Below are positions 8,904-17,764 of a stretch of DNA of 64,000 nucleotides, piece by piece. The translations under genes and the position numbers were made by a program. The stretch is from an uncultured Actinomycetes bacterium (lineage in GTDB: Bacteria > Actinomycetota > Thermoleophilia > Gaiellales > Gaiellaceae). The notes beneath the pieces were generated by a model. It searched no databases. It was given only the letters and a program-made list of their open reading frames with translations, and was not told where the DNA came from. The DNA lies in the NCBI GenBank assembly GCA_963746765.1, contig CAVVCN010000002.1:139362-203361 (forward strand), in the 5' to 3' direction. Position 1 is the stretch's first letter, and each line of letters begins with the position of its first letter.

Positions 8904-9973
8904 GGCTCGGCTCGACGAAGACCGTCACGGAGCGGGCCATCGGCGTCGGCGCCCTCGTCGTTGCCGTCCTCGCGCCGCTCATCTTCAGCGACTTCTTCGT
9001 GAACTCGATCCTCACGCAGGCGCTCATCCTCGGCATCGGCGCCGCGAGCCTGATCCTCCTCTCGGCCTACGGCGGGATGATCTCGCTCGCGCAGGCCGGT
9101 CTCATGGGGATCGCCGGCTACGCGCTCGCCAACATGGTCACGCAGCGCGTCCCCGGCGGCGAGACGAAGGGCCTGCTCCTCGGGTGGGACCCCACGATCG
9201 CGCTCATCGCGGCGATCCTGCTCACGACCGCGATCGGGCTCGTCTTCGGCGCGGTCGCGTCGAGGAGCTTCGGGATCTACTTCCTGATGCTGACCCTCAC
9301 CTACACGGTGATCGCCTTCCTCTTCGTCGGCTCGGTGACGCTCATCGGCGGCTTCTCGCCGGTCGCGGGGGTCGACCAGTACACGCCGGGCTTCATCGGG
9401 GACATCGTCAACGACCGTCAGCGGCTGTACTTCATCTCGCTCATCTCCGCGGTGGCGGTGTACCTGCTCATCCGCTACCTCATCCGCACGCCGTTCGGGA
9501 TCTCGCTCCAGGGGATCCGCGACGAGCCCGTCCGGATGGCGTCCCTCGGCTACAACGTCGCGCTGCACAGGACGCTCGCCTTCGGGATCGGCTCCCTCGT
9601 GGCGGCGATCGGAGGCGTGCTCTACGCCTGGTGGTTCGGGCAGCTCTCGCCGACGATCATGGGTCTCGACGCCACGATCCAGCTGCTCGTGATCGCCGTC
9701 ATCGGCGGCCTGCGTCGCATCGAGGGCGCGTGGCTCGGCGCGATCGCATTCCTCGTCATCAACAACGAGGTGACGAACCGCATCCCGGCGGCCGGGCTGC
9801 CGGTGATCGGCGGCACGTTCAACACCGTGATCGGGTTCATCTTCCTGGCGATCGTGATCGTCTCGCCAGACGGGTTGATGGGCCTCTGGGATCGACTCTG
9901 GAACCTGGCCGGACGCAACCGCCCGCCTCGCGGCTCGGCGGACCCGCAGCCGGCGACCGAGGCAGGTGGCTAG
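8900..9973 (+). CDS. HAAT family ABC transporter permease, LivM-like
   Basis: ATG 8900 overlaps the livH-like stop (ATGA). Hydrophobic; GMISLAQAGLMGIAGY and LQGIRDEPVRMASLGYN are LivM-type motifs. The 1420-aa ORF 5711..9973 is an in-frame shadow upstream of this start. Confidence 0.85.
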   Translation: MRLGSTKTVTERAIGVGALVVAVLAPLIFSDFFVNSILTQALILGIGAASLILLSAYGGMISLAQAGLMGIAGYALANMVTQRVPGGETKGLLLGWDPTIALIAAILLTTAIGLVFGAVASRSFGIYFLMLTLTYTVIAFLFVGSVTLIGGFSPVAGVDQYTPGFIGDIVNDRQRLYFISLISAVAVYLLIRYLIRTPFGISLQGIRDEPVRMASLGYNVALHRTLAFGIGSLVAAIGGVLYAWWFGQLSPTIMGLDATIQLLVIAVIGGLRRIEGAWLGAIAFLVINNEVTNRIPAAGLPVIGGTFNTVIGFIFLAIVIVSPDGLMGLWDRLWNLAGRNRPPRGSADPQPATEAGG

Positions 9974-10063
9974 GAAGGAGGGTGGATATCCGCAATCGAC
10001 ACTGGTTAGGCTCTTTCCGGGGATTCGAGGCAGGTTGACAGCGCAGGCACGAGAGGAGGCACC

Positions 10064-11467
10064 ATGAAGGTAGGAAGGTGGAAGCTCTTGCTTCCGCTGG
10101 CGATTCTTGTGGTCGGTAGCACGATCGCGACCTCGGGCGCTCTCGCCACGACGGCGCAGACCGGCGAGGTCCGCTTCGCGATCATGACCGACTGCAAGGG
10201 CGCCTTCGCGTTCGGGTACGAGGTGGACACCGCAGGCACCATCGCGGCGCTTTCCCAGTACGCGGGCGCAAAGCCGAAGAACAAGAACAAGCCTTCGGCG
10301 GGGATGACAGGCGGGGTTGCCGGCGGGAAGCGGCTGAACCTCGTCGGCATCGGCTGCGGCGACGAAACTCCTGCGCTTGCGCTGAAGGAGACGCGGCGGC
10401 TCATGAACCAGCTTCGCGCCGACATCATGATCGGCCCGCTCTCGGGTGACGAGGCGGTCTCGATCGCGAACTGGGCGAAGCAGAACCCCCAGAAGACGGT
10501 GATCATCGGCACGGCCGGCTCACAGGATCCGACGATGCAGATCGCACCGAGGAACCTGTTCCGCTATCACGGGGACGGGGCTCAGTGGAACGCTGGCCTC
10601 GGGGAGATCGTCTACAAGAAGCTCGGCTGGCGTACGGCTGCGCTGATCGGCGACGACTACAGCTTCCCGTGGACCTCGGCCGCCGGCATCATCGCCGACT
10701 TCTGTGGCATCGGGGGCCGGATCACGAAGCGCGTCTGGACTCCGCCGCAGGGCGGCGACTACGCACCGTTCATCCGGCAGCTGCCGAGGCCGAACCAGGT
10801 CGACGGCTACTTCTGGCTGGTCGGCGGTGCGAATACGAGCGCTGCGCTCACCGCGTTCGAGCAGGCCTACGGGCCCGTCAACGCGAGGCAGCACTCGGGC
10901 AACCTCTTCCTGTTCTTCCTGGGTGCCAACACGACCGTCGCGCCGCGCCTCGTCGGCGCGTACTTCGGTGGGTTCGGCACGTTCCAGACGGGAGGGCTGA
11001 AGACGCCGCAGGCGAGGGCGTACGTGCGTAACGCGAGCAAGTGGTTCAACAACCAGAACGTCAACGACGGGTTCTTCTACAACTACTGGAACGCGGCGTG
11101 GGCGATGGTGCAGGGCCTGAACAAGTCGAACGGCAACGTCGGCGCGGCACTGCACCGCGCGATGCCGCGGACACTCAAGCCTGGGTTCCAGGTCGCCAAC
11201 GGCGGCGTGCTCCGGCTCGACAGCCGGCGCCAGGGGATCCAGGACCAGTACCCGCTCCGCATCGTGCGGGCCGTGGGTAGTGGAACGGTCTCGACGACGA
11301 TCGCCGGATACGTCCCGAACGTCGACCAGACGTTCGGCGGCTACTTCGGCCCGAACAAGAAGGCCCCGGGCCGCACCGTCCCGGCCTGCGTGAAGCGGAA
11401 GCTTCCGTGGCAGGGGAAGATCCGCGAGGTGCGGAACGGAAGGATCACGAACCAGGTCATCCGGTAG
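10064..11467 (+). CDS. ABC transporter substrate-binding protein (type I periplasmic binding fold, Liv-type), unusually long
   Basis: RBS GAGAGGAGG lies 5 nt upstream. Signal peptide MKVGRWKLLLPLAILVVGSTIATSGALA. 467 aa, located inside the liv-type operon. Confidence 0.75.
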   Translation: MKVGRWKLLLPLAILVVGSTIATSGALATTAQTGEVRFAIMTDCKGAFAFGYEVDTAGTIAALSQYAGAKPKNKNKPSAGMTGGVAGGKRLNLVGIGCGDETPALALKETRRLMNQLRADIMIGPLSGDEAVSIANWAKQNPQKTVIIGTAGSQDPTMQIAPRNLFRYHGDGAQWNAGLGEIVYKKLGWRTAALIGDDYSFPWTSAAGIIADFCGIGGRITKRVWTPPQGGDYAPFIRQLPRPNQVDGYFWLVGGANTSAALTAFEQAYGPVNARQHSGNLFLFFLGANTTVAPRLVGAYFGGFGTFQTGGLKTPQARAYVRNASKWFNNQNVNDGFFYNYWNAAWAMVQGLNKSNGNVGAALHRAMPRTLKPGFQVANGGVLRLDSRRQGIQDQYPLRIVRAVGSGTVSTTIAGYVPNVDQTFGGYFGPNKKAPGRTVPACVKRKLPWQGKIREVRNGRITNQVIR

Positions 11468-11472
11468 GTGGG

Positions 11473-12261
11473 TTGACCGAAGCAGCACCAGCTGTCGAGC
11501 ACGCCGAGCCGACCCTCCGCTTGCGGGGGGTCGGCCGGCGGTTCGGCGGTCTGCTCGCCGTGGACGACGTCGACCTCGACGTCGCCCCCGGCGAGCGTCG
11601 TGCGATTCTCGGGCCGAACGGCGCCGGCAAGACCACGCTCTTCAACGTCATCTCGGGCGACCTACCCGCGTCGAGCGGGACGGTCGAGATGTTCGGGAGC
11701 GACGTCACCGCGGTGGCCGCGAGAAAGCGAGCCCGGCTGGGGCTCGCCCGCACCTATCAACAGTCTCGCCTCCTCAACGGGCTCTCGGTCGAGGACAGCA
11801 TCTACCTCGCCATCGTCGGTGTCCGGGGTGGGCACCTGCGCCCCGTCCTCCTCCCGCGGAAGGACCGCGAGATCAGGGAGCGCGCACGGGAGGCAGCGCG
11901 CATCGTCGCGATCGACCACCGGCTCGACGCCGAGGTCGGGGAGCTCTCGCACGGCGAGCACCGGCAGGTCGCGCTCGCCATGGCGCTCGCCTCCGAGCCC
12001 AAGATCCTCATGCTCGACGAGCCTGCCGCCGGGCTCTCGCGCGGCGAACGGCGGCTGCTCACCGATCTGTTGCTCGCCCTCGATCGCGAGATCACGCTCG
12101 TCCTCATCGAGCACGACATGGACATCGCACTCGTCGTCGCCGAGCAGGTGACGATGATGAACGACGGTCGCGTGATCGTCGAGGGAACCCCGGACGAGAT
12201 CCGTGCGAACGAGCTCGTGCACGACCTGTACCTCGGTCGCCATCATTACGCCGGTGAGTGA
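11473..12261 (+). CDS. ABC transporter ATP-binding protein, LivG-like
   Basis: Walker A GPNGAGKTT, signature LSHGEHRQV, Walker B LMLDEPAAGL. The start is ambiguous: TTG 11473, or ATG 11407 overlapping the SBP gene by 61 nt. Confidence 0.85.
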   Translation: MTEAAPAVEHAEPTLRLRGVGRRFGGLLAVDDVDLDVAPGERRAILGPNGAGKTTLFNVISGDLPASSGTVEMFGSDVTAVAARKRARLGLARTYQQSRLLNGLSVEDSIYLAIVGVRGGHLRPVLLPRKDREIRERAREAARIVAIDHRLDAEVGELSHGEHRQVALAMALASEPKILMLDEPAAGLSRGERRLLTDLLLALDREITLVLIEHDMDIALVVAEQVTMMNDGRVIVEGTPDEIRANELVHDLYLGRHHYAGE

Positions 12262-12976
12262 GGTTCTCCTCGAGGTCGAAGGCCTCAACGCGTTCTACGG
12301 CAGCGCCCACGTTCTCCAGAACGTCACCCTCTCGGTCGGCCGGGAGTCCATTGCGATCCTCGGACGCAACGGCATGGGCAAGTCGACGCTCTGTTCCGCG
12401 ATCATGGGCTTCAGCCCGCCTCGCATCGAGGGCTCGGTGCGCTTCCAGGGGGCCGAGCTCGTCGGAAAGCCCTCGCACAAGATTGCCCGCAGCGGAATCG
12501 GCTACGTGCCGCAGGGTCGCCGCCTGTTTCCCTCGCTGTCCGTCAACGAGCACCTGAAGATCGCGGCGCGGGACGGCGACGGGCCGTGGTCGATCGATCG
12601 CGTGTACGAGCTCTTTCCGAGGCTCGCCGAGCGGAAGCGGAACGGCGGCGCCGAGCTCTCCGGCGGCGAGCAGCAGATGCTCGCGATCGGGCGGGCGCTG
12701 CTCGGCAACCCGACCCTCCTGATCATGGACGAGCCGTCCGAGGGGCTTGCTCCCGCCGTCATCGACATCCTCATCGAGACGGTGAAGAAGCTGGAGGAGG
12801 ACGGGCTCGCGATCCTGCTCATCGAGCAGAAGCTCGACGTCGCGACCTCGATCGCGAACCGGCAGCTCGTGATGGTCGGCGGGGAGATCGCCGTCGAGAC
12901 GACGGCAGCCGAGCTTGCGGGCGACAGCGAGATGCAGCGTCGGTACCTCGGCGTCGAGCCAGTGGCCCACGCGTGA
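12254..12976 (+). CDS. ABC transporter ATP-binding protein, LivF-like
   Basis: GTG 12254 overlaps the livG-like end. Walker A GRNGMGKST, signature LSGGEQQML, Walker B LIMDEPSEGLAP. Confidence 0.85.
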   Translation: MSEVLLEVEGLNAFYGSAHVLQNVTLSVGRESIAILGRNGMGKSTLCSAIMGFSPPRIEGSVRFQGAELVGKPSHKIARSGIGYVPQGRRLFPSLSVNEHLKIAARDGDGPWSIDRVYELFPRLAERKRNGGAELSGGEQQMLAIGRALLGNPTLLIMDEPSEGLAPAVIDILIETVKKLEEDGLAILLIEQKLDVATSIANRQLVMVGGEIAVETTAAELAGDSEMQRRYLGVEPVAHA

Positions 12977-13878
12977 GCGCTCGTGTGCTCGGGGCCGCGG
13001 CGCTCGCCGCCGGCCTCGCCCTCGTGGCGACCGCGTGCGGAGGCTCCGGCGAGGCGAGGCCCGACCTGCTCATGGTGAGCACGCGCGACGGGGACTACGC
13101 GATCTTCGAGCTGAACGCCGACGGCGGGAGCCAGCAGCGGCTCACCGACCAGGACTCGAACGCGGACCCGCAGGCGCTCTTCTTCCAGGTCGAGCCGGCG
13201 TGGTCGCCCGACGGGACGCTGCTCGCGTTCTCGAGCCGGCGCGGGAGGTCGTTCGACCTGTACACGATGCGACCGGACGGCACGGAGACGCGACAGGTCT
13301 CGTCCACGAAGGAGAACGACGGACACCCGACGTGGTCTCCGGACGGTGACTCGATCGCCTTCGTCCGGGGCGAGCCGGGTCGCATCTACGTGATGAACGC
13401 GGACGGCACGGGCGTGCGGCGGCTCACGGAGGATCTCGCGGAGGAGTCCGACCCCGCCTGGTCTCCGGACGGCGACTGGATCGCATACACGCAGCGGACG
13501 CCGGGAACGGCCATTCGCGAGATCTGGCTCGCACGGCCGGACGGTACGGAGCGTCGCCGCGTCACGAGCTTCAACAGCGCGATCTACGGCCCCGCCTGGT
13601 CACCCGACTCGAAGCGCATTGCGTTCGCGGCGGATCTCGACCGGCCCACCTACGACATATACAGCGTCGATCTGAGCGGGAAGGCGCGCGTGCGGTACAC
13701 GCGGACGCTCTCCGACTCCTTCGAGCCGGCCTGGTCGCCGGATGGTGCGACGATCGCGTACGCGCGGAGCGGCGCGATCGAGACCGTCGACCGGGACGGG
13801 CAGATCCAGCCCATCACCGACCCGGAGGACAACGACTCGTCACCCGTGTGGAACCCTGTGCAGGAGGAGGACTCGTGA
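12973..13878 (+). CDS. TolB-like PD40/WD40 beta-propeller lipoprotein
   Basis: GTG 12973 overlaps the livF-like stop (GTGA). Lipobox LVATAC. Five repeats containing (P)xWSPDG(x)xIA(F/Y). Confidence 0.8.
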   Translation: MSARVLGAAALAAGLALVATACGGSGEARPDLLMVSTRDGDYAIFELNADGGSQQRLTDQDSNADPQALFFQVEPAWSPDGTLLAFSSRRGRSFDLYTMRPDGTETRQVSSTKENDGHPTWSPDGDSIAFVRGEPGRIYVMNADGTGVRRLTEDLAEESDPAWSPDGDWIAYTQRTPGTAIREIWLARPDGTERRRVTSFNSAIYGPAWSPDSKRIAFAADLDRPTYDIYSVDLSGKARVRYTRTLSDSFEPAWSPDGATIAYARSGAIETVDRDGQIQPITDPEDNDSSPVWNPVQEEDS

Positions 13879-14846
13879 GAGCTGCCCTCGTGCGCGAGGT
13901 GGGCGCGCTCCCCGTGGCGGGCGCCGTCGCGGATCCTTCGGGCGAGACGATCGAGGTGCTCGCAGCGCCGATCAACCCGATCGACCTTGCGGTGTCGCGC
14001 GGCGCGCTTGCGACCGGTCATCCCGAGCTGCCCTACGTCCCCGGCTGCGAAGCCGTGGGGCGCATCGGCGACAGGATCGTGTGGATCTTCGGCGGCTCGT
14101 TGGGGCGGACGACACAGGGCGCGATGGCCGAGCTTGCTCCCATCGGGGACGCACACGTGATCGACGTACCGGAGGGTGTGGACGCGGCGCTCGCCGCCGG
14201 CCTGGGGATCGCCGGCCTCGCCGGGTGGCTGCCGTTCGCGTGGCGCGCCCCGCTCGCCGGCGGCGAGAACGTGCTCGTCCTCGGCGCTACCGGCTCGGTC
14301 GGCCTCGTTGCGGTTCAGGCTGCGAAGCTGCTCGGTGCGGGCCGCGTCGTCGCTGCGGGCCGCAGCGCGACGGGGCTCGAGCGCGCCGCGCGCGTCGGAG
14401 CGGACGCGACCATCCGGCTCGACGAGTCGCACGACCTCGAAGCGGCGTTCAAGGAGGCCTTCGGCGGTGAGGGGCCGACCTACGTGTTCGATCCGCTGTG
14501 GGGCGAGCCGGCCGCAGCTGCGGTCCGCGCTGCTGTGCCCCGAGCCACGATCGTCAATCTCGGCCAGTCGGCGGGCGCGACAGCCGAGCTCGCTTCTGCC
14601 GCCGTGCGCTTCAAGAGCCTCTCGATCCTCGGCCACACGAACTTCGCCGTCCCTCCCGACGAGCTCGCAGAGCACTACCGGCGGCTCGTAGCGCACGCGG
14701 CTGCCGGCGATATACGGCTCGAGGTCGAGCGAGTCCCGCTCGAAGCGGTCTCCGACGCCTGGCGTCGTCAGGCGGAGGGTCCGGGCGCGAAGCTCGTCGT
14801 CGTCCCCCTAGAAGACGGAGTCGACGAACCTCAGAACGTCCCGTAG
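13875..14846 (+). CDS. quinone oxidoreductase / zinc-independent MDR family NAD(P)H oxidoreductase
   Basis: GTG 13875 overlaps the upstream stop (GTGA). APINPIDL and the LVLGATGSVGLVAVQ nucleotide-binding motif. Confidence 0.75.
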   Translation: MRAALVREVGALPVAGAVADPSGETIEVLAAPINPIDLAVSRGALATGHPELPYVPGCEAVGRIGDRIVWIFGGSLGRTTQGAMAELAPIGDAHVIDVPEGVDAALAAGLGIAGLAGWLPFAWRAPLAGGENVLVLGATGSVGLVAVQAAKLLGAGRVVAAGRSATGLERAARVGADATIRLDESHDLEAAFKEAFGGEGPTYVFDPLWGEPAAAAVRAAVPRATIVNLGQSAGATAELASAAVRFKSLSILGHTNFAVPPDELAEHYRRLVAHAAAGDIRLEVERVPLEAVSDAWRRQAEGPGAKLVVVPLEDGVDEPQNVP

Positions 14847-15469
14847 CGCTCGTACGCCTCGAGCGGCGGCATGCCGTCGCGGACTGCGAGCCGGATGGCG
14901 CTCTCCGTCGCGGCCTTCTCCTCCGCCTCCGCGAGCACGGACTCGGCGATTCCCCGAGGCACGACCACGACCCCGTCGTCGTCGCCGACCACCCAGTCGC
15001 CGGGCTCGATCCGCACCGCGCCGATGGTGATCGGCACCTCCGTCGCTTCGAGCTCCCAGCGCCAGGTCGAGTCCTCCGGCGTCGTGTGCCGGGCGAAGAC
15101 CGGGAAGCCCTCCTCGAGGATGAAACGGACGTCACGGCAACCACCGTCGAGCACGCACCCGGCTACGCCACGCGACTTGAGCGAGGTCACCGAGAGCTCG
15201 CCGAGGTGCGCAGTGACGTCCTGGTTGCACGCGTAGACGGCGACGTGTCCCTCGGGCACCTCGCCGAGCATGCGGAGCACCTTGCGCAGCGCTCCGTCGT
15301 AGTCCGTGGTCTTCCCCGGCCGACCGAGAACGGTGAACGCCGGCCCGGCCAGCCGCGCGCCCGGCTCGAGCGCCCGGATCGGCGGCGGCAGGGTCTGCTC
15401 GAGGAGCCCGCGCGCGTCCAGGATGTCCGCGAGCGCCGCGGTGTAGATGGCGAGGAACCGCTCTCTCAC
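14831..15469 (-). CDS. RraA family protein (4-hydroxy-4-methyl-2-oxoglutarate aldolase / oxaloacetate decarboxylase-like)
   Basis: GTG at 15469 overlaps the upstream stop (GTGA). GELSVTSLKSRGVAGCVLDGGCRD and GDWVVGDDDGVVVVP are RraA-family patterns. The 587-aa ORF is a shadow upstream of this start. Confidence 0.8.
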   Translation of the reverse strand: MRERFLAIYTAALADILDARGLLEQTLPPPIRALEPGARLAGPAFTVLGRPGKTTDYDGALRKVLRMLGEVPEGHVAVYACNQDVTAHLGELSVTSLKSRGVAGCVLDGGCRDVRFILEEGFPVFARHTTPEDSTWRWELEATEVPITIGAVRIEPGDWVVGDDDGVVVVPRGIAESVLAEAEEKAATESAIRLAVRDGMPPLEAYERYGTF

Positions 15470-16338
15470 GGCTCCGGGATGCCGAGGTCGGCCGGCGCCG
15501 TGTCGCCTCGGCCCTCGACGAGGTCGGGCGCACGTTCCTGCAGCAGCTGCAGGACGAGCTCCGCACGCCGCACCCGCTCGCGTGCGAGCTTCACGGCGAC
15601 GTCGGCGAGGTGGAGGCCGGCTGGGTAGATGTTCGGCGCGTTCCGGAGGCCGAGCTTGACGTACACGGGCGCCGCCTCGCGGATCATTTCCGGCACCTCG
15701 TAGAAGCGAACGAAGCCGCCCTGGTCGTCGGGAACCTCGACGTACACGTCGAGCGGCGCGGTGCAGGCCGCGCGCAGCTCGCCGAGCTCGGACGGGGAGA
15801 GATCGGTCGTGACGTTGATCGTCGTCGCCCCGAGCTCCTCGAGCGCCCGTGCGGTCGGTGCGTTCGCGCACGGCAGCAGGACCGACGTCTTGAGGACGAG
15901 CGACTCGGGCAGCTCGCCCGCCTGCTTCATCCGTCCGAGCAGGGCGAGGACGCCGACGTCCGCGACGAGGAACGAGCGGATGCCGTAGGCGAGCCCTCGC
16001 CGCACCTCGGCGACACACCACTCGACTCCCGAGTCGCCCCGCGCGACGCCTCCGACGGATCCCGTCGCGAACGACTGCCCGCCGGCGTCCCAGGCACCGC
16101 GCGGCCCGAGGAAGAGCGAGACCTCGACGCCGTGCTCCGCGCCGAGCTCGGACATCTCGGCCAGCTCGCGGTCGGTCAGCATCATCACGCCGGAGCCCTG
16201 CGAGACGCGCCGCACCGGCACCTCGCGCGCGTCCGCCTCTCCCAGCACGGCCCGAAGCGCGTCCGGCCCCTCGACCGACGGGATCTCGATCCGGTAGCGC
16301 AGGCCGTCTGCGAACCGCGCTTCGGAGCCCGACGTCAT
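15466..16338 (-). CDS. hypothetical protein, possibly TIM-barrel (weak resemblance to U32-peptidase-like fold)
   Basis: ATG 16338 (MTSGSEARF...); high GC3; translationally coupled to the RraA-like gene. I recognise no family motif with confidence. Confidence 0.55.
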   Translation of the reverse strand: MTSGSEARFADGLRYRIEIPSVEGPDALRAVLGEADAREVPVRRVSQGSGVMMLTDRELAEMSELGAEHGVEVSLFLGPRGAWDAGGQSFATGSVGGVARGDSGVEWCVAEVRRGLAYGIRSFLVADVGVLALLGRMKQAGELPESLVLKTSVLLPCANAPTARALEELGATTINVTTDLSPSELGELRAACTAPLDVYVEVPDDQGGFVRFYEVPEMIREAAPVYVKLGLRNAPNIYPAGLHLADVAVKLARERVRRAELVLQLLQERAPDLVEGRGDTAPADLGIPEP

Positions 16339-16414
16339 GCCGGCAAGCTTCTCGCAGCCCCGGCGGAGCTGCAAGCGGCTTCGTCCGGCATCGCTGCCGG
16401 TTTAGGGTTGGCAC

Positions 16415-17077
16415 GTGGCGAGAAACGGTCTGCCGATCGACGTCCCGTCGAAGATCGTCTGCGTCGGTCTCAACTACCGCGACCACGCCGAGGAGCAGGG
16501 CGTCGAGCTCCCGACCGCGCCGCTCCTCTTCGCGAAGTGGCCGAACACGCTTGTCGGCCCGGGCGAGCCGATCGTCATCCCGCCGCATCGTCACGCAGTG
16601 CGACTACGAGGCCGAGCTCGGCGTCGTGATCGGCGCGCGCGTCCGAGGCGTCTCGAGGGAGAACGCATTCGAGGCCGTGCGCGGCTACATCTGCGCGAAC
16701 GACGTCAGCGCGCGGGACCTCCAGTTCTCGGACGGCCAGTGGACGCGCGGAAAGTCGCCCGACACGTTCTGCCCGATCGGCCCTGCGCTCGTCCCGGCCG
16801 CCGAGGTCGGCGACCCGCACGACCTGCGCATCCGCGCGATCGTCAGCGGCGAGGTGCTCCAGGACTCGACGACCGCGAACCTCATCTTCGGGTCGACGAG
16901 ATCATCAGCCACGCGTCGCAGACGATGACGCTCGAGCCCGGCGACCTGATCCTCACCGGCACGCCGGCGGGCGTCGGCGTCTTCCGCGACCCGCAGCGGC
17001 TGCTCCGGCCCGGCGACGAGGTCACGATCGAGATCGAGGGCGTCGGCTCCCTCACGAACCCGGTCGTCGCGGGGTGA
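16415..17077 (+). pseudogene. fumarylacetoacetate hydrolase (FAH) family gene interrupted by two compensating frameshifts
   Basis: The N part (VCVGLNYRDHAEEQG...PIVIPP) and C part (VDEIISHASQTMTLEPGDLILTGTPAGVG) share one frame. The middle part (CDYEAELGVVIG...RGKSPDTFCPIGP...LIFG) lies in ORF 16551..16928. Shifts occur near 16586-16596 and 16890-16892. Confidence 0.75.
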
Positions 17078-17081
17078 CGCG

Positions 17082-17764
17082 GTGACGGTCGAGCGCACCG
17101 TCCTCCGCGAGCAGATCAAGGAGATCCTCCTCGAGCGCATCCTGCGCGGCGAGCTCGAGCCCGGGCGAGCGCCTCGTCGAGACGCGCCTCGCGCGCGAGC
17201 TCGGGCACGAGCCAGGCACCGGTGCGGGAGGCGCTGCGCGACCTCCAGCTCCTCCGCCTCGTCGAGTCCGAGCCGTTCCGCGGCGCCCGGGTGCGTGCGG
17301 TCGACGACACGCAGCTGCTCCCGGTCTTCCCCGTGCGCGCGGCGCTCGAGGAGCTCGCAGCACGCGAGGCTGCGGCGCGTGCCGAAGGCGACGTTCGCCC
17401 GCTCGAGCAGCAGCTCGAGACGATGAGGCGCGCAGCCGGGCGCGGGGACTGGCGCACGCAGGTCTCCGCTGACCTCGCGTTCCATCGCGCCCTCGTCGAG
17501 ATGGCGGAGAACGAGCCGCTCCTCCAGAGCTGGCTCGTCCTCGGGATCGACGTGTCGACGGCGTTCGCGACCTACTGGACGTACTGGGACCAGGCCGACC
17601 TGGCCGAGTTCCACGTGCCGATCGTGGACGCGGTCCGGGCAGGAGACGCATCGCGTGCCGGAGCCGAGGCGCGCAAGCACGTGCGGCGCACCGAGCGGGT
17701 CGTACGCCGGAGGACGCAGGCGGCCGCGAAGCGCGCGGCGGCCGCGGCCGGGAGCGCCGCGTGA
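17082..17764 (+). pseudogene. GntR family (FadR/FCD-type) transcriptional regulator with two +1 frameshifts in the HTH region
   Basis: The expected LEPG-ERLVETRLARELG-TSQAPVREALRDL is spread over three frames. Extra C at about 17166 and about 17206, each after GGG. The C-terminal FCD-like domain is intact in ORF 17222..17764. Confidence 0.7.

Noticed and set aside
5711-9973. Very long ORFs in the track, listed with length and strand: 5711..9973 (1420 aa, +), 58272..62138 (1288 aa, +), 26828..29770 (980 aa, -), 25477..27960 (827 aa, -), 35963..38005 (680 aa, -), 45499..47430 (643 aa, -) and 62140..63942 (600 aa, +).
   Set aside because: They are typical high-GC shadow or read-through ORFs. 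Their translations are Arg/Gly/Pro/Ala-rich with no motifs, and they run antisense or out of frame to genes with clear family signatures. Where their 3' ends are real genes, the true starts sit at internal ATG/GTG codons overlapping the upstream stop.
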